Assembly: GCF_001194135.2 (NCBI RefSeq)
Contig: NC_068987.1
Location: 35,330,745-35,394,744, forward strand
Reading direction: 5' to 3'
Source: Octopus bimaculoides
Taxonomy: Eukaryota
Length of the DNA stretch: 64,000 bases
Below the pieces are notes generated by a model, which saw nothing but the letters and a program-made list of their open reading frames with translations, was not told the DNA's origin and did not search any database. Below are positions 38,715-51,419 of this stretch, in pieces. Made by a program: the position numbers and the translations under genes. Numbering within the stretch: the stretch's first letter is position 1; every line of letters starts with the position of its first letter.

Positions 38715-40304
38715 GGTCTCTGAAGAAACATAATAAACAATTTGATTTGGAATTGAATATTCCATCTAGATACTTTAGAATGAAAGATAGATCTTCTTGT
38801 CTGCTCTGTGACGAAGAAATCTATCTCATCCTGCTGTCAGAGAATTCTCTTGTAAACACGTTTAAAGAACATATTTATCATTCCAAACATTGGCAAAAAC
38901 ATAACTTTAGTTCCTAGAAGTAATGTCTACCAATCTATATAAAGCAACCTTTAACTGTCTTCTTACAATTCATTTCTACTAAATATATCTATTTGAATGC
39001 CTTTAAGCTTTATTCCCATTAATCTATCGCACTACATTTCTCTTCACTTGGTTTTCTGCTAATCTTTTTCTGTCTCCTCCTTCTCTTCCTCTGAAATGCA
39101 TTTGATGTTAAATCTGTTAACGAACATTTAGAAAAGAAATAACTTGCTTGCGTTCTCTTCATCATATACGCAGTAATCACATTCGGTTAAAATGGCATTG
39201 ATTTACATCATTTTTCCCCTCTGGAATAATACCAACATTTTATTCGAAACATATGTCAGAAGTATAAAGATTTGAATAGCACCTGCATTTAACTCCATTT
39301 CTTTATTTATGTGTTGTTGCATACATATGTGTGTGTGTTTATGTATACATATATACCTGTGTGTGTACGTATGTATATATATACTTATACATATATACAT
39401 ANNNNNNNNNNNNNNNNNNNNNNNNNNNNNNNNNNNNNNNNNNNNNNNNNNNNNNNNNNNNNNNNNNNNNNNNNNNNNNNNNNNNNNNNNNNNNNNNNNN
39501 NNNNNNNNNNNNNNNNNNNNNNNNNNNNNNNNNNNNNNNNNNNNNNNNNNNNNNNNNNNNNNNNNNNNNNNNNNNNNNNNNNNNNNNNNNNNNNNNNNNN
39601 NNNNNNNNNNNNNNNNNNNNNNNNNNNNNNNNNNNNNNNNNNNNNNNNNNNNNNNNNNNNNNNNNNNNNNNNNNNNNNNNNNNNNNNNNNNNNNNNNNNN
39701 NNNNNNNNNNNNNNNNNNNNNNNNNNNNNNNNNNNNNNNNNNNNNNNNNNNNNNNNNNNNNNNNNNNNNNNNNNNNNNNNNNNNNNNNNNNNNNNNNNNN
39801 NNNNNNNNNNNNNNNNNNNNNNNNNNNNNNNNNNNNNNNNNNNNNNNNNNNNNNNNNNNNNNNNNNNNNNNNNNNNNNNNNNNNNNNNNNNNNNNNNNNN
39901 NNNNNNNNNNNNNNNNNNNNNNNNNNNNNNNNNNNNNNNNNNNNNNNNNNNNNTATATAAAAGGAGAATTCACAAACTCAAAAATCAAAAGACGTAGAGA
40001 GCTGGTGTAGACGACAGACAGATATATTAGTTTAATGCTCAGGAAGTGATAACGTCTTTAACGATTCGAGCCTACGCTCTTCCACAGAAAGGAACACAGA
40101 AAGAAACAGGGAGGGAAAATAATGAATGTGTAGTGGCTACCGATTTATCATGGCGAATGTCGGGCAGAGAGGTCACGCAGGAGAGCCAGGAAGAAAGGGA
40201 GATAATAATAAAGTAGTGGTGATACCAAAACGAAGGTGCGCGTGCGTGTGTATAAGAGAACATGTATGTGCGTGTGGAAGAGGACAGGTGACCTTGACGT
40301 GTGC

Positions 40305-40335
<31 letters not shown>

Positions 40336-40341
<6 letters not shown>

Positions 40342-41053
40342 TGTCTTGCAATACTACGACTGGGTGTTAAAAACCTGATAAATGACTCAAGTATGGATGT
40401 GATATATTTTGACTTTTTAAAAGCCTTTGATAACGTTGACCATGGTATATGTCACAAACTGCGTGATCTCGGGCTAGGCGGACAACTTGGTGGGTACCTG
40501 CACGACTTGCCTAAATATAGACGTCAGGCAATGGTAGCCAATGCTGTGCACCTCCAGGAAACATAAATTGCCAAGTGGTTTTCCACAGGACACTGTTTCA
40601 GGGCCACTTCTATTCGTAGTGGTCCCCTCAGAAATGCCCTCAGTTACTCAGGTAGCCAACCTTGCTTTCTATGCAGATAGCACAAGCGAGTCACAGACAA
40701 TATAATATCCTGGAAATATTGGACACCTCCAACGGGAGTTAGACGTAATATACATATGGGCTGAGGACAACAACATGCATTTTAATGCCTGAAAATTCCA
40801 GGTACTCCCATGCCAGTACACCCTGGTAAACGACATGCAGTCAGAACAACTGAACCGGAAAGAATTGCAATCACTGTGTGATCTGAGCATTGATATGAGC
40901 AATAGCGCCACTTTTCAAGTGCACATTACCAATTTGGCAATGAAATGCTGACGGCTAATTGGATGAAGCCTCCGAACTTTCAAAGCAACAGAAAAGGAGT
41001 CATATGTCCTCAGCCCCTTCGACTGCTACTCCTGACCATGCTCACCACGCCAT
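40336..41053 (+). mobile_element. CR1/L2-group LINE reverse transcriptase fragment
   Basis: MDVIYFDFLKAFDNVDHG; GFPQDTVSGPLLF; FYADST; LQRELDVIYIWAEDNNMHFNA.KFQV; frameshifted. Confidence 0.8.
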
Positions 41054-42108
41054 ATATATGTGTATGTAAATAATAATATTCACCATTATTTATTTATTTA
41101 TTTATTTATTTATATTTTTTGACACTCCTTAAAAAGACCATTTCAATACAATGGCCCTTCTCTCTGTCTTTTACCACATCCATCTTTGTATCTGTCTGAC
41201 TATCAGTCCATCTATCTATCTCTCTATCTGCCTGTCTATCTATCTATCTGCTTATACATCTTCCATTGTCTCCAAAGCCTCTCTCCCAAAAAACAAACAA
41301 AAAAAACAATGNNNNNNNNNNNNNNNNNNNNNNNNNNNNNNNNNNNNNNNNNNNNNNNNNNNNNNNNNNNNNNNNNNNNNNNNNNNNNNNNNNNNNNNNN
41401 NNNNNNNNNNNNNNNNNNNNNNNNNNNNNNNNNNNNNNNNNNNNNNNNNNNNNNNNNNNNNNNNNNNNNNNNNNNNNNNNNNNNNNNNNNNNNNNNNNNN
41501 NNNNNNNNNNNNNNNNNNNNNNNNNNNNNNNNNNNNNNNNNNNNNNNNNNNNNNNNNNNNNNNNNNNNNNNNNNNNNNNNNNNNNNNNNNNNNNNNNNNN
41601 NNNNNNNNNNNNNNNNNNNNNNNNNNNNNNNNNNNNNNNNNNNNNNNNNNNNNNNNNNNNNNNNNNNNNNNNNNNNNNNNNNNNNNNNNNNNNNNNNNNN
41701 NNNNNNNNNNNNNNNNNNNNNNNNNNNNNNNNNNNNNNNNNNNNNNNNNNNNNNNNNNNNNNNNNNNNNNNNNNNNNNNNNNNNNNNNNNNNNNNNNNNN
41801 NNNNNNNNNNNNNNNNNNNNNNNNNNNNNNNNNNNNNNNNNNNNNNNNNNNNNNNNNNNNNNNNNNNNNNNNNNNNNNNNNNNNNNNNNNNNNNNNNNNN
41901 NNNNNNNNNNNNNNNNNNNNNNNNNNNNNNNNNNNNNNNNNNNNNNNNNNNNNNNNNNNNNNNNNNNNNNNNNNNNNNNNNNNNNNNNNNNNNNNNNNNN
42001 NNNNNNNNNNNNNNNNNNNNNNNNNNNNNNNNNNNNNNNNNNNNNNNNNNNNNNNNNNNNNNNNNNNNNNNNNNNNNNNNNNNNNNNNNNNNNNNNNNNN
42101 NNNNNNNN

Positions 42109-42154
<46 letters not shown>

Positions 42155-42339
42155 CGTATGTATGTATGTATGTATGTATGTAGGTCTATATTTTTATATG
42201 TATACTTATAGTGTTCTCATCTTGTGGTGTTCTATATTATATTTACTTAGAAGGTCAAATATATTTTAATTCAATAGATTCCATTGAAGGAGCATCTGTT
42301 ATAATTCAACAGTTCATACTTCATTTGTAGTTTGTGGCA

Positions 42340-43165
42340 CTCAGTAGTAGACATCAAACGAATGGTGGCATAAAGTTGCCATTACTAGTTATCACTCGAA
42401 ACACAATAAAGTTTACTGGATGTTTGATTTTTATCATTCTCCTACATGTTTTAGGTACGCGACAAACTACCGGTTGTTCTGCGTCTTCACCATCTGATCC
42501 CGGAAGAAATTATTCCTGTCTCGAGAAAAAGAAAGCATGTTCAGATGGCGGCGACGCTTGAGTGTGCTCCAAGCTTCGTAGCGCAGTCTTTCCTGTTGTC
42601 TTTGATGGTTTGGAATAAAAATTGTCCTTTTCTCCTCTTATACGAGGAATACCAATGTTTTCGTGCAATACCTGCCTGCCCGATAAGTAACTCAGACACA
42701 CCCATGTCCCTGACGATGGACCTTGGATGGATCGTTGTCAATCATGGCCTAGATCTCACCAACAAATTCAGGAGTACGTTTCTAGTCAGAACGACCAGAG
42801 TAAGTTTTCCTTCGTATTCACCATTAGACTTATCCAACTTTTTCCGAATCCTCTGTACTGTCCTCAGATTGACATTCAAAAACTCTGAAATATTCGTATT
42901 GGAGCTTCCGGTGCGAATGCCAAACAGCACAGCATCTCGTTTCCAAATTACTGGCAGAGTGAATTGCGTCAGGCTGTGGCTTTTTCTCACAGACGGTGCC
43001 CAGCTGACCCTACTATTCTGTGTAGTCAAAAAGATCAAAAATAAGCAATGCAGATGCGCTAAATTGCAAATACAATTATTTACCAATCGCACCTTATTTA
43101 TATACTGGCACTATGTCGTTTACGGTGATGTGGATTCTAGTTGATTTGATTAAAAGAACATCCTG
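42340..43165 (-). mobile_element. Tc1/mariner superfamily (maT-like) transposon, 5' part with TIR and N-terminal transposase
   Basis: CAGGATGTT.. end at 43165; RDAVLFGIRTGSSN..ISEFL.VNLRTVQRIRK; RSIVRDMGVSE; YSSYKRRKGQFL; NFFRDQMVKTQNNR; KHPVNFIVFRVITSNG. Confidence 0.8.
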
Positions 43166-43264
43166 CTCATAAAGTTAATATGAAAGTCGCTGGTCACCCC
43201 ATAAACACTCCAATCCTTAACTTAGTTCTCAGATTGATTCAGCATGACACAGAATGTGACAAAA

Positions 43265-43392
43265 GAAGGCCTTTTTTAAATACAGGTCCTCGTTTTTGGC
43301 AGCTGAGTGGAATGGAGCAACGTGAAATAAAGTGTCTTGCTCAAGCACACAATGTGTTGCTTGGAAGTGAGCCGAATACTCAAACCACTAAT
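43265..43392 (-). mobile_element. SINE head/core fragment
   Basis: Minus strand GCTTGAGCAAGACACTTTATTTCACGTTGCTCCATTCCACTCAGCTGCCAAAAA. Confidence 0.6.
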
Positions 43393-43462
43393 TCACGCGC
43401 CTTCACACACATACACACACACACCCGCGCGCACACACACTGGAAAATTTCGTACAATTTAT

Positions 43463-44484
43463 AGTAACACACAATCCGTGTCACCAAAATATATTTATCA
43501 TTGCTAAAGAAAACTTACTGACCATTCGTCAAAATAATGAATTAAAATATATAATCACGGATCGGGCTATGATTCGAAGTAAAAGACAACAGAAGAACTT
43601 CAAATAATTATTAACAGAGGCCAATTTGACATAATCAGCAATGAGGAATCGTTCATTTACCTAAATGCAATGATAACCGATGTGGTACAAGTCAGTTCAT
43701 ATATACCAGTCTATATATGAACACAAAAATAGGAGGAAAATTTACAAATGCAAATATGAGCTGCAAAATCAGAAATGTAATTAACTGCATCAAATGCCCA
43801 AATTGTGAATAAATACACGTTGGTCAAACTTGGAATGCACTATCTCAACTTACATGTGTGCACCATAGCAAATTAGGAATCCCGATATCCGTCAGATACA
43901 GTTAAGCATCTGGCAACATGTCGTCAGGAAAAAAATGGTAATATTCCTATTCTATAAACTACACACCTCAAGAGAAATTGAGAGAAAGGTCTGCGAAGAG
44001 AATTTTATTGATAAATTCATACCCATTTTAAATGGACACTTATAGTAATGGTGATCAATATGATCATGGTGTTGATAATAATAAGTATTACGACTATTGC
44101 TACTAGTATCAATACCACCACTAGCAACAACAATAATGAAGATAATAAAAGTGATGGGGGGAAGTTAGTAGTATTGAGCAAATGAACATTGACTAGACTG
44201 AAATGTAAAAATTTCAGGTGTAACAATGCAATTCAAGATATAGCCAAACAAATAATCCTTTATGTGCGGTCATAGTAAAGAATCTTTGAGGAGCCCATCA
44301 AACAGTGATGTCTAAGTCACCAACTGATTGGTCAAAATACTGTTCATATGATTCAGACAGTTGGAGCACATCGGAAAGTATTTAAAGCATAAGTCTACCA
44401 AATTTGATACATTTGTCAATTGTGGAACAAGACTGTAACTACATAAACCTGAAGATTGAGTAACGTATGAAAGTACTCGTTTAT
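43463..44484 (+). mobile_element. Penelope-like element (Neptune-type) linker plus GIY-YIG endonuclease remnant and downstream pLTR-like region
   Basis: THNP..NIF; RSKRQQKNFK.LLT.A; KCNDNRCGT; NMSCKIRNVINCIKCPNC..HVGQT; FYKL..RK..E.NFI.KF.P.LN (to about 44035); hammerhead motif at 44443-44484. Confidence 0.75.
44443..44484 (+). ncRNA. Minimal type I hammerhead motif with degenerate helix II
   Basis: ataaac-CTGAAGA-ttgagtaacgtat-GAA-AGTACT-C-gtttat: perfect 6-bp helix I, palindromic AGTACT helix III, CUC triplet. Confidence 0.55.
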
Positions 44485-44857
44485 TTCAATATTGTAAAAT
44501 TCTAAAAATTGCAAATAATAAAACGGGAAAATCAGACAAATTTCGAATTTCATTGTATGAAATTTTGTTCTCAATGATCACGATTCAGTAATTTTCGACA
44601 CAAAACGTTACTTTTCGACACAAAATGTTACTTTTCTAGTTGTGTAGATTTAATAATAGCACGATATTTGCTCACAATGTCTTTTAAGTATTGCAGCTTT
44701 CAATTGAAGAACAATGTTTTCTTGTTGATAATTGGAAACTACTAGGCTATGGAGAATATTACATTCATACTTTGAAAGCAAGTATGTAAAGTTTAAAGCA
44801 AGCTCGTGAAGATTATAGTTTTAATAAAGCAGAAACACGCACTCATACGGCTACAAT

Positions 44858-44905
<48 letters not shown>

Positions 44906-45220
44906 TGTGGGTGTGTGTGTGTGGGTGTGTGTGTGTGTTTATAAAGAGTTCACCACCTTCATGACGTCAATTTAAGGGAAAACTGTTGATTACTAAGATT
45001 ATCCCAACTTCCAATATGCATTTTGTGTTTATTGCTACACATCAATATCCTTTTAACTTTTGTGGACGTGGATATAATTTCAATAAATCAATTGCATATT
45101 TTGTACTTTATTCAATATATCATTTTTATATAATGTTTCACAACATGTCACAGTCCACTTTGAGTTATTTCTTCTGGATTAAATTGCAGAGGCTGTTCGT
45201 TGGTGACAAATTGGAGTAAA

Positions 45221-45700
45221 TTACAGAGTGGGGGCGCTAAGCAGTGATACGTATAACTGCAATTTCACTTGAGCCCGGTTCGAACTGGGAAACAAGCCAT
45301 TCACTGTGTTTTGTCATGGAGAAAATTTGTCGCTGTAGAAAAATGGTGTCGATACACCTACATTAGTTCGCAGCGCCATCTATCTAAACTGTGAGATACC
45401 AACATTTCGGAGTAGTTGTACCATCTTTGGTTACAGACACCAGGCAGGTGATGCTGCGAACTGATCAAAGAGATTGTTTTTCTTAAGCTATTTCAATCAC
45501 CGTACGGTGACTGATGGTGCTATGCAGGGGATCACCGAAAGTACCTTACGGTGTGGGAGCGTTAAGCAGAGATAAGTGTAAATGCAATGGTCTAAATATG
45601 TTTGAGGCACGTTCGAAATGGGGAACAATCCAAACACTGTTTTATCATGAAGAAAATTTCCCGCTGTACACAACCAGTGTGAATACACATACATCAGCTT
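45221..45700 (+). repeat. Diverged direct repeat, period 325 bp (about 45221-45367 vs 45546-45698)
   Basis: ttacagagtgggggcgctaagcagtgata..gttcgaactgggaaacaa..catggagaaaattt..cgctgta..gatacacctacattag aligns with ttacggtgtgggagcgttaagcagagata..gttcgaaatggggaacaa..catgaagaaaattt..cgctgta..aatacacatacatcag. Confidence 0.75.
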
Positions 45701-47659
45701 GAAACTCCACCTACCTTGTACCGAAGAGGTTGAATTCAGAACGCACCATCCCTGCTATACACTGCTTGGCGAACTATTGACCAGCCAATTTGTTGATTGC
45801 CAGCTTGTTTCCCCATAGATACGTGACCATTCATTGTTATGGTAAATGTAGCACTTTTTTTCAAATTCAGTTTCGAACTCTTCCACATGTGGTTCGATAT
45901 ATATTTTACAGCTACTTTTCAGAAGAAAAATGCCTTTGTTATTAAAACAAAAACTGTCAATATGAATATCTCTGCCGGTCGCTAATTCCTGAACCAGAAT
46001 AGAGATGCAACTTCAATATATGTTCCGAGTTTTCGTTTCCAGTTAGTTAAGATACACCCATCCTTTAAACTTTCTTACAAGATAGGAAATATTCGTATTT
46101 TCATTAATTTCAAATTATTGTAACAGATAAAAGCAGAGATACTTCTCTCCGTACATTTGGGTTTCAAGTTACTCATTGTACAAAAAATTTCAGATACGCA
46201 AAATAATTCATCATCTTTTTTAATGCACTGCCACTAGGTTATAGTCGTGCAACAACCACAGGGATTATAACATTTCTATCTGATCGAATGATGTGTATTT
46301 ACTGGACATTTATACCAATCGCTTCAGTTGATAACCTGCTACAGCGAATTTCATGCGTATAGCATGGCCTACATTCAATAAATTTCTTATCCTTCTAGAC
46401 GCGTGCACATTGCTCTTCTCAATGGTGATATCTCCATTAACAACCTTTTGTCTTCTGTCGCTATCGAGTATCCTATACACTCGCCATCGAACAAGAACTC
46501 GAAAAGGATAGATGGCTTCTTCTTGAAAGACATTACTTGTCTGAGATGATAATAAAGTCCTATCAGTTATTTTATTACATACACATTTCAGCCTGCATGG
46601 GTTGACAAATAAGATAACAGAAAACTGAAATTAATTTAGTTGATAACATTATTTTCACAAATGGATTGGTTTTCTGTAACATCATATATATATATACATA
46701 TATATANNNNNNNNNNNNNNNNNNNNNNNNNNNNNNNNNNNNNNNNNNNNNNNNNNNNNNNNNNNNNNNNNNNNNNNNNNNNNNNNNNNNNNNNNNNNNN
46801 NNNNATATATATAAGCATATGTACCACTCGTGGATATGTGAGAATCAACGATGGCAAACAGTCTTGCAGCGATATTCATGATATCAACTGCATTACATGA
46901 AGGATGAAATTGCTCGATAAGAGGTTTGATTAATCGCTAAGTTCAACAGATATACCGTATTCGCTTATCATCAAATCTGTCTAACTTTATGGTTCATCAA
47001 ATACTAACATACTTGTCATTTATCATTACTGCTGTTTAATTTCTTTCAGTCATTGTTGTGAATTTATCATAAGTCTAACAGTTATATAGATACATTATAG
47101 AAATGATTTAGGCGGAGGTTAGGGCAATATGCTATAAAATATGTCAGAACTGAGCAACCTAAGATCATTCTCAATCAACATATCATGCACTTACATATTC
47201 AGTATTCTCTTCAACTAATCAAATGAAAAATTGAAATAATCTTCACATACCTCAACAAACTAAATCATTTGTCGACCGGTTCATATTTCACTACCTTTAG
47301 GTTTAGTTTGCTAATGTTTCGAATATTAAGTTGAACGATATATCAAAGTTTTGAAATATAAGGAAGGCATTTTATCTGATAAGTGACATCGAGAAACTAT
47401 ATCATTCATGAACAATACTGGAAATTCAAGAACCACAGAACCTAGCATAGTCCATTTTATTTGTATTATCGTCTAATCATCTCCGAGTAAAGAAACTGCT
47501 TGTCAAATCTGTTCTGAATTTTAAAGCAGGTATCGATAGTTTTAACAAGCACACAGTGACGTCACCTGATGACAGAGAGTTATTTACTTCTTTGGCAACT
47601 TATAAGAGATCAAAACTCTAAAGCCCAACACGTTTAGATAATACTGATGAATTCCTTAA

Positions 47660-48177
47660 TCTCTCTATATAAAAGTGAAATGGCAGAAAGTTGTATGTTT
47701 GCGTGTCTCATTAAGTGGTTATGTAGGGGCCAATGGAAGTAGGCGTGCTCTGACTGCAACGAACATTTACAGGAGCATGTAAAATGAGGGAAGGAAGCGA
47801 CTGGACTAGGTTAGAAATTTCCATCTTAAAAGTTGTATTTACCAGACTTTGCCAAGTGTTTGTCGTTTCTCTCATTTCGGATATCAACCTCTCTTCCTCG
47901 ATATCTCTCCTTCCTCCCTTCCCTCCACTTTCTCTCTATAACGACGTTTGGTAGCTTCCACTCTCTTTCCCTCCCCGCCTTCACCGTCTCTCTGTCACAC
48001 TTTCTTCCACCACCCCTCTTTCTGTACGTTTGTCTGTATATATAGAGAGGAACTGTAGACAGCCGCAAACGTTTAAATTTTCCCGGCACAGGTCTTTTTG
48101 AACGGTGAATTATTATCGCACCCTACCACTGCACAATCATGATAACAGATGTTATTAATCAGATATTTATTGTGCTA

Positions 48178-48215
<38 letters not shown>

Positions 48216-49256
48216 NNNNNNNNNNNNNNNNNNNNNNNNNNNNNNNNNNNNNNNNNNNNNNNNNNNNNNNNNNNNNNNNNNNNNNNNNNNNNNNNNNNNN
48301 NNNNNNNNNNNNNNNNNNNNNNNNNNNNNNNNNNNNNNNNNNNNNNNNNNNNNNNNNNNNNNNNNNNNNNNNNNNNNNNNNNNNNNNNNNNNNNNNNNNN
48401 NNNNNNNNNNNNNNNNNNNNNNNNNNNNNNNNNNNNNNNNNNNNNNNNNNNNNNNNNNNNNNNNNNNNNNNNNNNNNNNNNNNNNNNNNNNNNNNNNNNN
48501 NNNNNNNNNNNNNNNNNNNNNNNNNNNNNNNNNNNNNNNNNNNNNNNNNNNNNNNNNNNNNNNNNNNNNNNNNNNNNNNNNNNNNNNNNNNNNNNNNNNN
48601 NNNNNNNNNNNNNNNNNNNNNNNNNNNNNNNNNNNNNNNNNNNNNNNNNNNNNNNNNNNNNNNNNNNNNNNNNNNNNNNNNNNNNNNNNNNNNNNNNNNN
48701 NNNNNNNNNNNNNNNNNNNNNNNNNNNNNNNNNNNNNNNNNNNNNNNNNNNNNNNNNNNNNNNNNNNNNNNNNNNNNNNNNNNNNNNNNNNNNNNNNNNN
48801 NNNNNNNNNNNNNNNNNNNNNNNNNNNNNNNNNNNNNNNNNNNNNNNNNNNNNNNNNNNNNNNNNNNNNNNNNNNNNNNNNNNNNNNNNNNNNNNNNNNN
48901 NNNNNNNNNNNNNNNNNNNNNNNNNNNNNNNNNNNNNNNNNNNNNNNNNNNNNNNNNNNNNNNNNNNNNNNNNNNNNNNNNNNNNNNNNNNNNNNNNNNN
49001 NNNNNNTATATAAAATGTTTGCATATAATGTGTGCTCGTGTGGTCGGATTGAGCTGAAAATATGCACACCTATGTTAAAAGTGCTGTCGAGTGTTGCATG
49101 GCAACTTTGAGTTTGCTCTATTGAAATTTAATTTGCTCATCTTTTAAAATGTGGCCCGAGTAGACTCGAAAGAAATCAGGTTATAATAATCAAACAAGTA
49201 AAACAATGAAAAACTATGCCATTTTAATCCCGAGCACTGCCGGGTACCTCTGCTAT
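47660..49256 (+). mobile_element. Non-autonomous Helitron-like element (interior partly in a gap)
   Basis: A|TCTCTCTATATAAAAG 5' end at 47660; subterminal hairpin CCCG-agcactgc-CGGG (49229-49244) followed by CTAT (degenerate CTAG). Joining both ends across the gap is an inference. Confidence 0.55.
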
Positions 49257-49335
49257 TCTAATATATATTTGTAAAAACGGTGGACATTCTCTCACATGCA
49301 GTTGTGCAGGTAAAAGTATTAGTAAATGTGATTGC

Positions 49336-49818
49336 ATGGTGCTGAAATTTTGCGCACCTACTGAATTCCTCAACAGCGAACTACCACCCGGATTTTCACC
49401 TCATGACCTCAGAGTGAAGGTTGGTGTTCCAGGTATACTGTTGAGAAACATGGAACCGCCAGAACTATGCAAAGTTATGCGCCTGATCATCAAAACAATT
49501 GGGACCTTAAATCTGACGACGACCATTCTGAGCGGACTGTCTGCTGGCGCGACAAACATCTTAACCCCCATGGGCCTTAATCCCTCTCCCGTATCATTTG
49601 AATTTATGCGACGGCAGCTTCCCGTAAAAGTATGCTTTGCAATGAGCAACAACAAGGTACAGGCACAGTCGTTACAAGTAGTTAGTCTAAATCAGACACA
49701 GCAGGTAGTTACCCACGATCAACTATACGTCGAATTCTCCGGTGTCGGCAGTCCACACAATCTCTTCATTTGTGGTAATCTGGGCAACACCGCCATTGTA
49801 AATTTCTCAATTTTTTAG
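49336..49818 (+). pseudogene. Helitron RepHel PIF1-family helicase C-terminal fragment
   Basis: EFLNS..PPG..PHDLRVKVGVP.ILLRN..PP.LC...RL..; F..RQLPVKVCFAMS.NK.Q.QSL.VV; H.QLYV.FS.V. Confidence 0.88.
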
Positions 49819-50164
49819 CCCCACTGCAACCACCTTCTTCACGTCGGTGGCCACCTCTGCAACCTGACCACCTCTCCCAGTCAACCTCCCAACACATGGA
49901 TTCACGTCGTGACACTGATTCTGGAAAATTAGGTTGGGTGTGACTACATATTGCATCCAAATCATTGTAAGTGCAGTCGTATTATACTATTTCAGTTTTG
50001 TCCAGAGATCTGATTGGTATTTTTTCCAGCCTGTCGCGTCATTCTTTGCCCTTCACATCTGCATCCGTGAGTTTTCTCCAATTGCTACTTAAAAAACTAT
50101 TTAAACGTTTGGCATGCTTTTCTCATTACCAATTTTTAATAAAATTTCCTGTCCTTTTTTTTTT

Positions 50165-50291
50165 AATTCCTCATCTTAAAAATTTGACCCGAGTAGACCC
50201 GAATGAAATCGGATTATAATACCGAAACAAGTAAAACAATAAAAACAACTATGCTGTTTTAATCCGATCAAGGCCGGGTTTCTCTGCTAGT
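50165..50291 (+). mobile_element. Second Helitron 3' terminal module ending CTAG|T
   Basis: About 120 bp homologous to 49138-49256; ends GCCGGGTTTCTCTGCTAG-T at 50287-50291. Confidence 0.7.
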
Positions 50292-51419
50292 TCCTTAATA
50301 AAATAAAATTCGGGAAATGAGGTATGTGTATAAGCAATAATGTAAAATAAATGTTGCCTGGTAAGATTTCAACTGGTGTACTTCCAGCTCAGTGTCCAAA
50401 GGCTTTCATGTAATCATTTAAAAAGAACAATATAAGACATTATTCCCTTATGTTGTTGCGTAATGGAACAGGTTCATAATAAAAAGACTTCATCCATGAC
50501 CACTACTTATCTTTCTTACCCAATATATGGTTCAGGTTCTAAGATACTAATTATATATGAGTCAATGGAAATTTAGCTGTTGTTTCGTTTTCGATTGAGT
50601 TAGTCTTATGTATACATACATACATTAACGTACACATGCATTCATATGTGCATACACGCACATGCACACACTAATATATAAATGCAGTATATATATATAC
50701 GCATATATATACATATANNNNNNNNNNNNNNNNNNNNNNNNNNNNNNNNNNNNNNNNNNNNNNNNNNNNNNNNNNNNNNNNNNNNNNNNNNNNNNNNNNN
50801 NNNNNNNNNNNNNNNNNNNNNNNNNNNNNNNNNNNNNNNNNNNNNNNNNNNNNNNNNNNNNNNNNNNNNNNNNNNNNNNNNNNNNNNNNNNNNNNNNNNN
50901 NNNNNNNNNNNNNNNNNNNNNNNNNNNNNNNNNNNNNNNNNNNNNNNNNNNNNNNNNNNNNNNNNNNNNNNNNNNNNNNNNNNNNNNNNNNNNNNNNNNN
51001 NNNNNNNNNNNNNNNNNNNNNNNNNNNNNNNNNNNNNNNNNNNNNNNNNNNNNNNNNNNNNNNNNNNNNNNNNNNNNNNNNNNNNNNNNNNNNNNNNNNN
51101 NNNNNNNNNNNNNNNNNNNNNNNNNNNNNNNNNNNNNNNNNNNNNNNNNNNNNNNNNNNNNNNNNNNNNNNNNNNNNNNNNNNNNNNNNNNNNNNNNNNN
51201 NNNNNNNNNNNNNNNNNNNNNNNNNNNNNNNNNNNNNNNNNNNNNNNNNNNNNNNNNNNNNNNNNNNNNNNNNNNNNNNNNNNNNNNNNNNNNNNNNNNN
51301 NNNNNNNNNNNNNNNNNGATCTATATGTATATATATATACGCATATATATACATATAATATCACATATGTGTATTTATATATACATATACTTATACATAT
51401 TATATATATTCTATCTACT

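Noticed and set aside
50198-50232. CCGAATGA..CCGAAAC hammerhead-like string
   Set aside because: The core is not CUGANGA, there is no cleavage triplet or helix I, and it is part of the Helitron subterminal module.
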